A stretch of 20,000 nt of DNA from an uncultured virus (IMG/VR IMGVR_UViG_3300005827_000008) (Duplodnaviria > Heunggongvirae > Uroviricota > Caudoviricetes). This document shows positions 1 through 8,235 of this stretch, one piece after another. The stretch is from IMG/VR virus record IMGVR_UViG_3300005827_000008; one strand, given 5' to 3'. How positions within the stretch are numbered: the first letter of the stretch is position 1; each line of letters begins with the position of its first letter. The translations under genes and the position numbers were made by a program. Below the pieces are notes generated by a model. It was not told the origin of the DNA. It made no database searches and saw only the letters and a list, made by a program, of their open reading frames with translations.

Positions 1-2
1 GA

Positions 3-128
3 AAAGATTGTTTAAAGTCTGTCATTATACAGGTTGCGGAAAGATACGTTAAAGATTATGATGATGTCATAACCAGTCAATCTTGCGATTTGAAAATGAT
101 TGTTAAGCCAAAAACAGGCAACCAGTAA
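3..128 (+). CDS. 3' end of a hypothetical protein (runs in from the window edge)
   Basis: Frame 3 is open from base 3 (KDCLKSVIIQVAERYVKDY...KPKTGNQ*) to TAA at 126-128, 3 nt before the next ATG. Confidence 0.6.
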   Translation, partial: KDCLKSVIIQVAERYVKDYDDVITSQSCDLKMIVKPKTGNQ

Positions 129-131
129 ATC

Positions 132-494
132 ATGAAAAAGTGGCACATAGTCTTCTCATCCATATCTGAAACAGGCGACATTTATTGCTCCAAAAGAAAG
201 CAGTTTGCTGTATTGGAGGGCAAATTTAGCAATGAATCAGAAGCCATTTCAGAGGCGTGTGGAAAGACTTACATTAACCCTAATTACCTATCAGCCATAA
301 AAGGCAGGTATTCTTACTGTAAGGGAAAGCCTTTTGGAATCATTGAAGGTTCCGCAACAAAGTTTGATTTACTTTACAACGGAAAGGTTATAAAGGAAAA
401 TCAGAAAGCAGACTTTTTAAACAGCCACAAGCAGAGCCTTATTTCCACTGGGTTCTACAATAAAAATAAATTCTCATTCTCCCCACGGGGGTAA
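132..494 (+). CDS. hypothetical phage protein
   Basis: 120-aa ORF in a tightly packed + strand operon; no recognised motif. Confidence 0.7.
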   Translation: MKKWHIVFSSISETGDIYCSKRKQFAVLEGKFSNESEAISEACGKTYINPNYLSAIKGRYSYCKGKPFGIIEGSATKFDLLYNGKVIKENQKADFLNSHKQSLISTGFYNKNKFSFSPRG

Positions 495-510
495 ACCTTT
501 AAAAAAAAAC

Positions 511-831
511 ATGAAAGAAATAAGAATGGATTACTCTGAGTACGAAGAAATGGTAAAAACCATACAAACTCAGCAAGATGCTATTGAGGAATTTAAGAAA
601 GCCTCCAATGTTGTCTTGGTTGATAACAGGCATAGCACCGTACCCGACATTAGGTGGTTTAGCGGGCGCATACCGGTGGTTGTTTCGGATGGCGAACTGG
701 CAAAGTCAATGATGAAAGACGAATTTGACCGATTATTCGCGGAGGCAAAAAATATTGAAGTGAAAGCGTTTCGCCAACAGGTACCCGACCCTGCGCCTAT
801 CTTTAATACTAGGAAGTGGTGGCATCTTTAA
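511..831 (+). CDS. hypothetical phage protein
   Basis: 106-aa ORF preceded by a poly-A leader typical of Bacteroidota; N-terminus looks coiled-coil. Confidence 0.75.
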   Translation: MKEIRMDYSEYEEMVKTIQTQQDAIEEFKKASNVVLVDNRHSTVPDIRWFSGRIPVVVSDGELAKSMMKDEFDRLFAEAKNIEVKAFRQQVPDPAPIFNTRKWWHL

Positions 832-842
832 ATTTATACATC

Positions 843-1244
843 ATGACACGCATACGCAAATACCAGGGAGTTTGTTTGAAAACCGGAAACCTGATACAAG
901 GCACCAGTTTACTCGTTTATGACGAAGAATCTGGATTAGCCAAACCCGGAGAAAACGTCTTTATCATGGACGGATACGGACATACATTCAATATTATACC
1001 CGATTCAGCAGGGGACTTTACAGGCGAACAAGACATAAACGGGCAAGACCTTTATGAGCATGATACGTTTAGAAGTGTATTAAGAGATTGGGTTGTGATT
1101 TTTGACCAAGGTTGCTTTTGTGCGGCACCGATTGTGGACGGAGTTGTTGATATGCGGCAGGGGACTATCACCCTTACCGCAATACGATCTGTGTTTGGCA
1201 AAGTTAAAACAGGAAACATTTATATTAAACAGCTATCAAAATGA
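843..1244 (+). CDS. YopX-like phage protein (divergent)
   Basis: GDFTGEQDINGQDLYEHD and C-terminal GNIY match the YopX pattern (QyTGlkDkNGkeIYEGD...GNIy). ATG at 843 preferred over the GTG at 816, which overlaps the previous gene. Confidence 0.65.
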   Translation: MTRIRKYQGVCLKTGNLIQGTSLLVYDEESGLAKPGENVFIMDGYGHTFNIIPDSAGDFTGEQDINGQDLYEHDTFRSVLRDWVVIFDQGCFCAAPIVDGVVDMRQGTITLTAIRSVFGKVKTGNIYIKQLSK

Positions 1245-1666
1245 GCAACGGAGAAACAGAAGGAATAAAGCCCACTTATATCATGGGGATTGACACCGCA
1301 AGCAAAGATAAGGCGTATTGCCTAGCCAGATGGTACAATGGGAACCATGAAATCATCTTTACCAAAACAACGAAAGACCAATCTTTGTTTAAAAGAGAGA
1401 TTGACAGTCTGTGCAGTATCTTTAACGCACAATTGGTGCATGAGGTGAGTAGCGAAGACATTAAAAAAAATAGTCACAAAAAATACCCACTAACTCCAAG
1501 CGAATCCTTTTCACCAGAAGAAACAATAAAAGCAGCTTTGGATAAAATCAGCGAACTGCAAAAGCAACATACAATAATGTTAAACGCCATCCGTGACCAT
1601 AAGGCAGTATCGGATTCGTCATTTTTTGAACTTAGGCTGCCTGACGAGATTAAGCAAATTTTATAG
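1241..1666 (+). CDS. hypothetical protein; N-terminal YIMGIDTA resembles the first strand of an RNase H-like fold
   Basis: ATGA overlap with the upstream gene. Only one RNase H/RuvC-like motif is visible, so no function is assigned. Confidence 0.65.
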   Translation: MSNGETEGIKPTYIMGIDTASKDKAYCLARWYNGNHEIIFTKTTKDQSLFKREIDSLCSIFNAQLVHEVSSEDIKKNSHKKYPLTPSESFSPEETIKAALDKISELQKQHTIMLNAIRDHKAVSDSSFFELRLPDEIKQIL

Positions 1667-1668
1667 CC

Positions 1669-1896
1669 ATGAGATTAGATACAGACAGGCAAAAAGAACA
1701 GGAGCCAAAGCGCATAGAATACGCTGTTTCCCGACTTGCTCAGATTGGCATAGAGATAGATTATGAGGACGACAAAAAGATTAAGTTCACTCATAAGGGG
1801 CATGAAGTCACCTTGTACCCATATTCCGGCTGGTTTACTGGTAAATCAGTAATGGACGGGAGGGGAGTCGAAAACCTTATTAAACAACTTTTATAA
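1669..1896 (+). CDS. hypothetical phage protein
   Basis: 75-aa ORF starting 2 nt after the previous stop; contains a YPYSGWFTGK...DGRG motif. Confidence 0.75.
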   Translation: MRLDTDRQKEQEPKRIEYAVSRLAQIGIEIDYEDDKKIKFTHKGHEVTLYPYSGWFTGKSVMDGRGVENLIKQLL

Positions 1897-1904
1897 ATTA
1901 CAAT

Positions 1905-2147
1905 ATGACAAAAGAAAAAATTTACCCCAAAGGCATTATGACCTTTGCGCCTCACGCAAAAGCCCCGGCATCCGTGTTGGCCTCAATCATTATTTCACCA
2001 AGTACTTTAGCGGAATGGCTGGAAGAAAACCCCGACTGCCTTACTCACAGCGAAAAGTACGGTACGCAACTTAAACTTGTTGTTAAAAAGAACAATGAGA
2101 ACAAGGTTTACTGTGAAGTGGACACCTATAAATCTGGAAGCAATTAA
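1905..2147 (+). CDS. putative small single-stranded DNA-binding protein
   Basis: 80 aa, beta-rich, ending in YCEVDTYK, directly upstream of the exonuclease and RecT. Function is inferred from context and recalled similarity to small Bacteroidota-phage SSB-like proteins. Confidence 0.45.
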   Translation: MTKEKIYPKGIMTFAPHAKAPASVLASIIISPSTLAEWLEENPDCLTHSEKYGTQLKLVVKKNNENKVYCEVDTYKSGSN

Positions 2148-2159
2148 TCTACAACCAAT

Positions 2160-2969
2160 ATGACAACCCCGTTTAAGGTCACTCAGTCCGCAATGAAAGA
2201 TTTTCTTTCGTACACAAATGGCAATATGTGTGGGCTTCAATATGTAGCAAAATACTTTGACGGAATGGAGTTTCCAGCTTCCGACCCAATGAAACTTGGA
2301 CAGTACTTTGAATACATGGCAACCGGGGCTAAAACTAAATTTGGGCATACGCCTGTTGCTGAAAAAACACAAGCAGGGAAATTGACCGCCAATTACCAGA
2401 GGGCAGAAAAGCAGGTTGAGAACTTTAAGCGAATGATGGATTTTTACGGGTTTAAAATCGAACACGTAGCAAAGCGGATACAGCACGATAATTCGACTGG
2501 CGACTTTGATACAGTTGTCTTGCTGACAAAAGATATTGCACTTGCTGATACTGTATTGCCAGAGGGATCAAGGTGTATTATTGACTTAAAATATAGCGGA
2601 CTTCTTTACGACAAGTGGAATGAAATGGGATGGGATGCCGAAAGATTACCTGAGAAAGAAAACATAATGACTCAATCCGTGCATTACACATGGTTAGGGC
2701 TAAAGGTTTTTAATGAACATATGCCCTTCTTTTTTGCCGTATTTTCGTCTACCAACGAAACCGATCATGAATTGTTCCATATCAATATTGACGAGGAAAG
2801 AATACATAAGCATGAGGGTTTTGTTAAAACAGCATACACCATAATACAGAATGAATACAAAAAGGGATTTAAGCCACACGCCCATTATAAAAGATGCGGG
2901 GAGTGCCCGTTAATGCCAAACTGCAAATACGCCATATCAGTACCTCAAATAAAAACTATTAATTATTAA
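2160..2969 (+). CDS. PD-(D/E)XK exonuclease, Cas4/AddB-like, with probable Fe-S cluster
   Basis: Motifs GDFD, IIDLKYSG and QSVHY; one N-terminal Cys (NMCG) plus C-terminal CGECPLMPNC; adjacent to RecT. Confidence 0.8.
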   Translation: MTTPFKVTQSAMKDFLSYTNGNMCGLQYVAKYFDGMEFPASDPMKLGQYFEYMATGAKTKFGHTPVAEKTQAGKLTANYQRAEKQVENFKRMMDFYGFKIEHVAKRIQHDNSTGDFDTVVLLTKDIALADTVLPEGSRCIIDLKYSGLLYDKWNEMGWDAERLPEKENIMTQSVHYTWLGLKVFNEHMPFFFAVFSSTNETDHELFHINIDEERIHKHEGFVKTAYTIIQNEYKKGFKPHAHYKRCGECPLMPNCKYAISVPQIKTINY

Positions 2970-2973
2970 TTAT

Positions 2974-3894
2974 ATGACAACCCCAGCAGAAACAAAAAAA
3001 CAACTTGCCCCGTGGAAACAGCAGCTTCTCATCGCAGAGCAAAAGTGCCTAGCAATAACCAATCCCGAAAGAGTTAAAATAGAACTTGGCTTTGCAGCGC
3101 AACTTCTACAAAACTCCGCAGACTTGCAAAAATGCACCCCAGAAAGTATTCAGAACGCAGTAATAAATGTTGCACGAACTGGCGTTACCCTTAACCCTAT
3201 TATGAAATTTGCTCACCTTGTTAACCGGGGGGGTAAATGCACACTGGATATTGATTACAAGGGTTTGATTAAGATAATGATTGACAATGAATGTTGTAAA
3301 AACATTATTGCAATCATTGTGTATGACGATGAAGAATTTGAAGAAAGCGAAAGCCCAATCCAACCACACGCCCACAAAAGAAAGCATGTTGACACGGAAG
3401 AAGAACAGGCAAAACGCAAGATAATCGGGGTTTACAGCCGTGTGCTAATGATGGATAACACCGTTATGTACACTGAGTTTATGCCTTACTGGCACGTATT
3501 GAAAGTTGAAAAGTCAAGCCCTGCCGCAAGGTCACAGTATTCACCGTGGAAGTCATGGAGAGAAAGCATGATTAAGAAAACTAAGATTCGCTATGACTTT
3601 AAGTTCCTGCCGCCCCGCAACACGTCAAATGAAATTTCTGCAATTATTGAACTGGAAGATCAGAATAACGGAGCCGCAAAGCCTATTCAAAGCGGGAAAA
3701 GAGGGTTGGCCGATGTATTTAATATTGATGAGGCAAGTTTTGAGGAAATAAGCGATATAACAACCGAAGATCAATTAAGGGAATTGCTTTCAACTAAAAA
3801 CACCCCAGAAGAAGTTGAGGAACTGCAAAAGCAAATAGGGGCAAACTTTCCAAAAGAAATATTTACCGACCGCATAGACCAACTTAAAAAGTAG
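2974..3894 (+). CDS. recT: RecT-family single-strand annealing recombinase
   Basis: LQKCTPESIQNAVINVARTGVTLNP, IDYKGLI and SPWKSWRESMIKKT are typical RecT motifs; paired with the exonuclease. Confidence 0.88.
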   Translation: MTTPAETKKQLAPWKQQLLIAEQKCLAITNPERVKIELGFAAQLLQNSADLQKCTPESIQNAVINVARTGVTLNPIMKFAHLVNRGGKCTLDIDYKGLIKIMIDNECCKNIIAIIVYDDEEFEESESPIQPHAHKRKHVDTEEEQAKRKIIGVYSRVLMMDNTVMYTEFMPYWHVLKVEKSSPAARSQYSPWKSWRESMIKKTKIRYDFKFLPPRNTSNEISAIIELEDQNNGAAKPIQSGKRGLADVFNIDEASFEEISDITTEDQLRELLSTKNTPEEVEELQKQIGANFPKEIFTDRIDQLKK

Positions 3895-3896
3895 GG

Positions 3897-3968
3897 GTGT
3901 GCCGCAGATTTGCAGCAGAATTATTAAGCATCAATATCCCAGACCCAGAAGAACAATTAGCAATATAA
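3897..3968 (+). pseudogene. probable orphan 3' fragment of a NinB/DUF1367-like gene
   Basis: Reads (V)CRRFAAELLSINIPDPEEQLAI*, like the C-terminus of phage NinB-like proteins. An in-frame TAA at 3885-3887 lies upstream, so the N-terminal part is missing. Confidence 0.4.
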
Positions 3969-3971
3969 AGC

Positions 3972-4148
3972 ATGAAAATAACAGTAAAAACCACCATGAT
4001 AGAACTGGCCGTGGAAGACCATGTAGTTCTTGGCACGGATAATTACCCGGCCAGAAGTTTAGCCCCCACTATTGAAGCAGTTCAGGGGGTAATAACAGAA
4101 GCTATCCGGCTTCATAATGAAGTAGCAAAGGGGTATGAAGTAAAGTAA
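3972..4148 (+). CDS. small hypothetical protein (58 aa; not in the ORF track)
   Basis: MKITVKTTMIELAVEDHVVLG...AKGYEVK*; its TAA (4146-4148) is the TAA of the attC-like core TAAC. Confidence 0.7.
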   Translation: MKITVKTTMIELAVEDHVVLGTDNYPARSLAPTIEAVQGVITEAIRLHNEVAKGYEVK

Positions 4149-4275
4149 CGACCGAGTATTGCCGAAGTTGGGGAATTGGCAGTACCGAAGTTGATTTAAA
4201 AACAAATGATAACAAATTATTCAAAAGCCCATCAAAGTACGTCAAGCCCCAATTTTGGCAATACTTATGTTAGGC
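4143..4275 (-). repeat. attC-like recombination site (site A)
   Basis: TAAC 4146-4149 ... GTTAGGC 4269-4275 encloses arms AGTATTGCCGAAGTTGGGG (4155-4173) and CCCCAATTTTGGCAATACT (4247-4265): 17/19 Watson-Crick pairs plus 2 G-T on the + strand, with asymmetric spacers. Confidence 0.75.
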
Positions 4276-4603
4276 ACGGTACGGTAAAATTATGGAATAC
4301 GCTGATGTAATTTCTCTTGGGTGGAAAGATAGAAACCCTGAAAGTAAAAATGAAAATACAAAGACATTTATTTATGAATCCGAAGGTTTTGATTACCACA
4401 TAATGAGTGTCGGATTTGGTTGTGGTGATGATACAGCTTTTGACTTGATAATGATAAACTGTGTGCCTCAAGAAACTGTGTCAAATATTTGGGAAAATTC
4501 CGAAACCCATTTTTACGGTGAAATGAAAACAAAACAAGAGTTAGATATAACAATGCAACTTGTCGGGGTTACTCAATATAGAGGGTTGTAGTATTGTGCC
4601 TAA
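4149..4603 (-). mobile_element. integron-type gene cassette A (attC-like site plus one gene)
   Basis: The gene is bracketed by GTTAGGCACGGTAC (4269-4282) and GTATTGTGCCTAAC (4591-4604), a 12/14 inverted match, as expected for an integrated circular cassette. Confidence 0.7.
4292..4591 (+). CDS. hypothetical protein (cargo of cassette A)
   Basis: 99-aa ORF that fills the space between the two core sites almost exactly. Confidence 0.75.
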   Translation: MEYADVISLGWKDRNPESKNENTKTFIYESEGFDYHIMSVGFGCGDDTAFDLIMINCVPQETVSNIWENSETHFYGEMKTKQELDITMQLVGVTQYRGL

Positions 4604-4704
4604 CATAAAATATGTACCGCACCTCATGTAATTCAATTAAACACAGACAGTTGATATGAACGTTTCTGAACACGTGCAGTTTTTCATTCAGGAAATGAAA
4701 CGCC

Positions 4705-5205
4705 TTACCGCCCCTGCTTATTAGCCGCAATCATTTCCTTAATCTGGTCAAGAGAAAGTAGGCTGTATTCGGCCTTTAACTTTTCAAACAGTTCAAGATA
4801 CTTGGCATAACCAGGGTACTCATGTAGCTTTTCTTTGGCCGCTAGAGTACCTTGATCTATTGTGTTGTGTACCCACGTTTGCAGTAAAACAATGTTTTTA
4901 GGGTTTAACAGCCATGCTTTGTGGTTCTTTTTATTCAGCACATGAGCGCAATTTGACGGGGATGGATTCCTGATGGCAGTACCCGTAATAAAGCAAATGT
5001 GGGGGCGTTCAGCTATTATCTTATCGAAGACAGCCTTTTCCCCTGTCACGGTTCTTTTTTTGCTTATGGCCGTCCTAACAAGCTCTTTTACCAGTTTCCT
5101 TGTGTCAGACCTTTCCCCTTTCACCGGAATCCGGCACTTTGCGCATAATCCATCTTTTAAAGTGGACAGGCGGTTGCAGGTTGAGCAGTAGCCGGGTTTA
5201 TTCAT
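4705..5205 (-). CDS. HNH-like endonuclease (NinG/Ref-like) with N-terminal Zn ribbon
   Basis: CSTC...CAKC ribbon, then CFITG...NCAHVL...NIVLL...HNTID, a degenerate HNH pattern. Confidence 0.6.
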   Translation of the reverse strand: MNKPGYCSTCNRLSTLKDGLCAKCRIPVKGERSDTRKLVKELVRTAISKKRTVTGEKAVFDKIIAERPHICFITGTAIRNPSPSNCAHVLNKKNHKAWLLNPKNIVLLQTWVHNTIDQGTLAAKEKLHEYPGYAKYLELFEKLKAEYSLLSLDQIKEMIAANKQGR

Positions 5206-5700
5206 TTAGATTCCTTTCATAAAAGCCATCCAGATTGTTTTTGCCTGTCTTCCGGTGGTGTGTCCAAAAAGTGGTTTATAGGGTATAATATCCAGAACTT
5301 GGCTAGAAGTTATTTCGCTTTCGTTCCACTTAAAAATAAGCGTTCCATTTGGCTTTAGTACTCTAAAACATTCGGAAAATCCCTTTTGTAGCATAAACTG
5401 CCAATCTTCGGGCAGTCTGCCGTATTTTTTAGCCATCCAACTGTTTTGTCCCAATGTTTTAAGGTGTGGCGGGTCAAATACTACCATTGCAAAACTTTCA
5501 TCTTCAAATGGCATTTCCGTAAAATCAGCCACTAAATCAGGCTTTACTTCAATAGTCCTTATTCCGGTTTTGCAACTGCTGTCTTTTGCCTCAACTGTTT
5601 CTCTTCGTTTGTCAATAAACAGCACATTCGGGTTTTCTTTGTCAAACCAAAACATTTTACTCCCGCAACAAGCATCTAAAATAAGTTTTTCGTTATTCAT
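5206..5700 (-). CDS. class I SAM-dependent methyltransferase, probably an amino (N6-A/N4-C) DNA MTase
   Basis: Motif I ILDACCGSKMFW, catalytic VVFDPPH, and RVLKPNGTLIFKW; a compact phage MTase type. Confidence 0.85.
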   Translation of the reverse strand: MNNEKLILDACCGSKMFWFDKENPNVLFIDKRRETVEAKDSSCKTGIRTIEVKPDLVADFTEMPFEDESFAMVVFDPPHLKTLGQNSWMAKKYGRLPEDWQFMLQKGFSECFRVLKPNGTLIFKWNESEITSSQVLDIIPYKPLFGHTTGRQAKTIWMAFMKGI

Positions 5701-5704
5701 GCTT

Positions 5705-6070
5705 TTACTTGTTAATTGAATTATACCATTTTACGGCATCCACCAAGGCGTTGAATATGTCCGTAACGGTGCCTTTGGTAAAGGCGTGTACAATCCATTC
5801 GTTATGCACCCTTGCGCCTCTTGCGCCCAATGATTCTAATTGCGAATCTTTTTGGTGTTGCACTTCCCTGAATTTCACCCACACAGGCCACAACCAATCG
5901 AGTGAGGCGTGAAATTGAAGCTGGAACCACTCAAAGTCTTTAGCCTCTCCCTTCCACGGGTATGAGTATTTCCACCCTTGCTTGTTTTTGGCTGGCACCT
6001 TTGCTGGGTACACCGTTTTTCCAATAAATTCTGCCAGTACTATATTTCCGGCATTCTCTTGCTCTGTCAT
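5705..6070 (-). CDS. hypothetical phage protein
   Basis: 121-aa ORF in the leftward operon; FHASLDWLWPVW motif. Confidence 0.7.
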   Translation of the reverse strand: MTEQENAGNIVLAEFIGKTVYPAKVPAKNKQGWKYSYPWKGEAKDFEWFQLQFHASLDWLWPVWVKFREVQHQKDSQLESLGARGARVHNEWIVHAFTKGTVTDIFNALVDAVKWYNSINK

Positions 6071-6081
6071 AATTTTACTTG

Positions 6082-6261
6082 TTATTTTTCGTCCATTAAT
6101 TTATTTAATTTCACCAGTTCTGTATCAAAATTTATCCTGTGGCTTGACCTTGTGCCGTCCGTGCGTGTTTTGTACAATACGCCCAGATAAAGGTAGCAGA
6201 CGGTTTTACAGCCGTTGGCTTCTACTGCCTCTACCTTCTGGACTTGTTCTAGTTGTTTCAT
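6082..6261 (-). CDS. small hypothetical protein (59 aa; not in the ORF track)
   Basis: MKQLEQVQKVEAVEANGCK...KLMDEK* fills the gap between neighbouring - strand genes. Confidence 0.6.
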   Translation of the reverse strand: MKQLEQVQKVEAVEANGCKTVCYLYLGVLYKTRTDGTRSSHRINFDTELVKLNKLMDEK

Positions 6262-6265
6262 GAAA

Positions 6266-6541
6266 TTATAGAACTCCCTCGTAAATTGACACCTCGAATT
6301 TATGAGAATAGAAGTCGCCTAGTCCTCCGGCATCAACTTGAAGGGCTGGCTCGTATTCGGGGTGCTTAAAAACCACCTGCGTCCCTTCGTGTATTCTGAT
6401 AAATTCAGAAAGCCCAACATATTTTATAAACCAGTCCATTGACCAGTTATTGTCCATACTTTCTTCCGAAAAGTATCTGTATTCAGTTTCTCCATTTTCA
6501 AAGAAACTATGTACCGTGTTTGGCATGTGATTGTGATTCAT
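6266..6541 (-). CDS. hypothetical protein
   Basis: 91-aa ORF in the operon. Confidence 0.7.
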   Translation of the reverse strand: MNHNHMPNTVHSFFENGETEYRYFSEESMDNNWSMDWFIKYVGLSEFIRIHEGTQVVFKHPEYEPALQVDAGGLGDFYSHKFEVSIYEGVL

Positions 6542-6572
6542 TTTATCTGCTGTTTAAATTGTTAGTAATTGT

Positions 6573-6794
6573 TTATTTTCTCAGTTTCCTTTTCTTAATT
6601 TCATCCCTCACAATAGGGTTGACAATAAATGCAGAGCCTCCACGCCCGCGGTTTCGCACAAACATAGGCAAGTTGAGTTCAAAGGCCGTATCAAACAATT
6701 CCTTTTCATCTGGGGTTAATGGCCTTGGCTTTACCAGAGTCCCGTCCGGCGCCTTTACTTTCATGTGTTCGCTGTAAAATTCTGATGGATTCAT
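6573..6794 (-). CDS. hypothetical protein
   Basis: 73-aa ORF with an A-rich leader. Confidence 0.65.
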   Translation of the reverse strand: MNPSEFYSEHMKVKAPDGTLVKPRPLTPDEKELFDTAFELNLPMFVRNRGRGGSAFIVNPIVRDEIKKRKLRK

Positions 6795-6806
6795 ATTTTT
6801 AATTGT

Positions 6807-6950
6807 TTATTTTCTTGTTTTAATCATTCGTAACCATTTTTCAAAAGGCGCCCTTGTGCCAGGGTTTTCCGTATGCTGTATAAGGGGTATGGGTGCCCAA
6901 TTTTTGGGGAGCGTTACCAGTTTCCCCGATAAAGTTATGGTGGTTCTCAT
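6807..6950 (-). CDS. small hypothetical protein (47 aa; not in the ORF track)
   Basis: MRTTITLSGKLVTLPKNW...MIKTRK*; ATGA-coupled to the upstream small ORF. Confidence 0.55.
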   Translation of the reverse strand: MRTTITLSGKLVTLPKNWAPIPLIQHTENPGTRAPFEKWLRMIKTRK

Positions 6951-7084
6951 TTTTTGCCTCCTTGTGTTTTATCCGGTTTTGGTGCCCGGTTTGGTTCTGG
7001 TTTAATAATTTGCAGTGCATCGTCCAGAATTTCATTAATTCGCCTTAATTCGCGGGCTACTTGTTGTTTTTCTTCTTTGTTCAT
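6947..7084 (-). CDS. small hypothetical protein (45 aa; not in the ORF track)
   Basis: MNKEEKQQVARELRRINEILDDALQII...GGKK*; amphipathic helix; ATGA overlap with the next gene. Confidence 0.55.
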   Translation of the reverse strand: MNKEEKQQVARELRRINEILDDALQIIKPEPNRAPKPDKTQGGKK

Positions 7085-7094
7085 GGCTTTAAAA

Positions 7095-7256
7095 TTAGTT
7101 TACCGTCCTCACTTTGTTTAGGTGATTGGTTATTTTCCGATTTGCCCACTGGATCAATTTCACCGCATCCCTGCTGACCATCCCGCAACAGGGTTTACCA
7201 TTGTACATTATGGTTATAAAGTGGGTTTCCTGCCTTGTGGTAAGTTCGTAAGTCAT
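7095..7256 (-). CDS. small hypothetical protein (53 aa; not in the ORF track)
   Basis: MTYELTTRQETHFITIMYNGKPCC...KVRTVN*; starts 2 nt after the upstream stop. Confidence 0.6.
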   Translation of the reverse strand: MTYELTTRQETHFITIMYNGKPCCGMVSRDAVKLIQWANRKITNHLNKVRTVN

Positions 7257-7258
7257 GG

Positions 7259-7696
7259 CTATGCTTTAATGTTTTCAATTTTTTCGCCCAGTTTCATTAA
7301 CTGGTGTTCGAGCATAGACATAGATGACCCTAGTTGAGTAATAGTTGACTCAATATTCGCCTGCAACCTGTCCTCTCTTAACTGGCGGTTTACATCTACC
7401 GATTCAGAAAAAATACCCAATTTATACATATACTCATCAATAGTATATTTAGGGGCCTCAATAGTTGCAGATACGCATTGAGTTTCATCTTTGCCAACAA
7501 CAACATGTTCCGTTCCGTTCCATTCAGTTTTATCTTTGTAGCCTGAAACATGAACTATTGCGTGGTTTAATTCATCATTAACTTTGAATCCCAAGTCGTT
7601 TTCCCATACTTCTTTTACTTCGCCATTAGCGAAGCGCATTACTACGGATATACTATGTATCCATGTTTGCATGCCGATTAATTTCAATTCTTTCAT
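7259..7696 (-). CDS. hypothetical protein
   Basis: 145-aa ORF with a C-terminal coiled-coil-like segment. Confidence 0.75.
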   Translation of the reverse strand: MKELKLIGMQTWIHSISVVMRFANGEVKEVWENDLGFKVNDELNHAIVHVSGYKDKTEWNGTEHVVVGKDETQCVSATIEAPKYTIDEYMYKLGIFSESVDVNRQLREDRLQANIESTITQLGSSMSMLEHQLMKLGEKIENIKA

Positions 7697-7721
7697 GTGT
7701 ATTTTTGTTTATTGATTTTCT

Positions 7722-8015
7722 TTAAAATAGATTAATTTGAGTATCTGTATAAAATATCTCCCCTTTTTTAAATTCGTGGTTCTCAGTTTTCTTTAACTGT
7801 AATTTCCCTTCTCTATACAGTTTTAGTATCTCCTTTTGCGCGTTTCCGGGCTTATTTGCGCCACTTTCTACCGTCAAAAGGTCGTCAGCCACACTCAGGC
7901 ACGTTTCAGGGGCGTATTGCTGTCCGGGGTTGTCTAAATCTATGATCCAGTTTCCTTGTAACCTGCCCGCAAAAGCATGGCCTTTATGTTTGCCTGATAC
8001 TATTTTAAACTGCAT
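7722..8015 (-). CDS. hypothetical protein
   Basis: 97-aa ORF in the operon. Confidence 0.7.
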   Translation of the reverse strand: MQFKIVSGKHKGHAFAGRLQGNWIIDLDNPGQQYAPETCLSVADDLLTVESGANKPGNAQKEILKLYREGKLQLKKTENHEFKKGEIFYTDTQINLF

Positions 8016-8019
8016 GACC

Positions 8020-8235
8020 TTATTTTTTCTTCTTCAAAATTAGCCATTTTTTGAATTTCACCCGTGTTGGGGTGTCCATCCATTGCCGGAGGGCTTTGTC
8101 TCCAGTGGTGTCAATATTATGCAAGCAGACTGCACAGGTAAATGTTACTTTCCTTGTGGTGGTTGCTTCCTTGTGGGTGTCATAGGCGGCAATTACAGCC
8201 ACGGTGACGGAAATAAGGGTTAAAAGTAGTTTCAT
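8020..8235 (-). CDS. hypothetical protein with N-terminal signal/TM segment
   Basis: Hydrophobic start MKLLLTLISVTVAVIAA; CxxC; ATGA overlap. Confidence 0.6.
   Translation of the reverse strand: MKLLLTLISVTVAVIAAYDTHKEATTTRKVTFTCAVCLHNIDTTGDKALRQWMDTPTRVKFKKWLILKKKK

Noticed and set aside
1241..1666. RuvC resolvase or terminase nuclease call from the MGID motif
   Set aside because: The remaining catalytic motifs are not identifiable.
2007..2486. 159-aa antisense ORF, and similar antisense ORFs such as 17670-18140, 6439-6777 and 3106-3387
   Set aside because: They lie opposite better-supported genes and have no recognisable motifs; likely shadow ORFs.
2160..2969. Cas4-like nuclease as evidence of a CRISPR-Cas system
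   Set aside because: No repeat-spacer array or other cas genes are visible; its position next to RecT indicates a recombination exonuclease.
4682..4700. TTTCATT-CAGGA-AATGAAA hairpin between convergent operons
   Set aside because: The AT-rich stem is too weak to call as a terminator.
6841..7035. 64-aa ORF in the track (- strand)
   Set aside because: Better explained by two ATGA-coupled small ORFs in other frames (6947-7084 and 6807-6950) that tile the gap.
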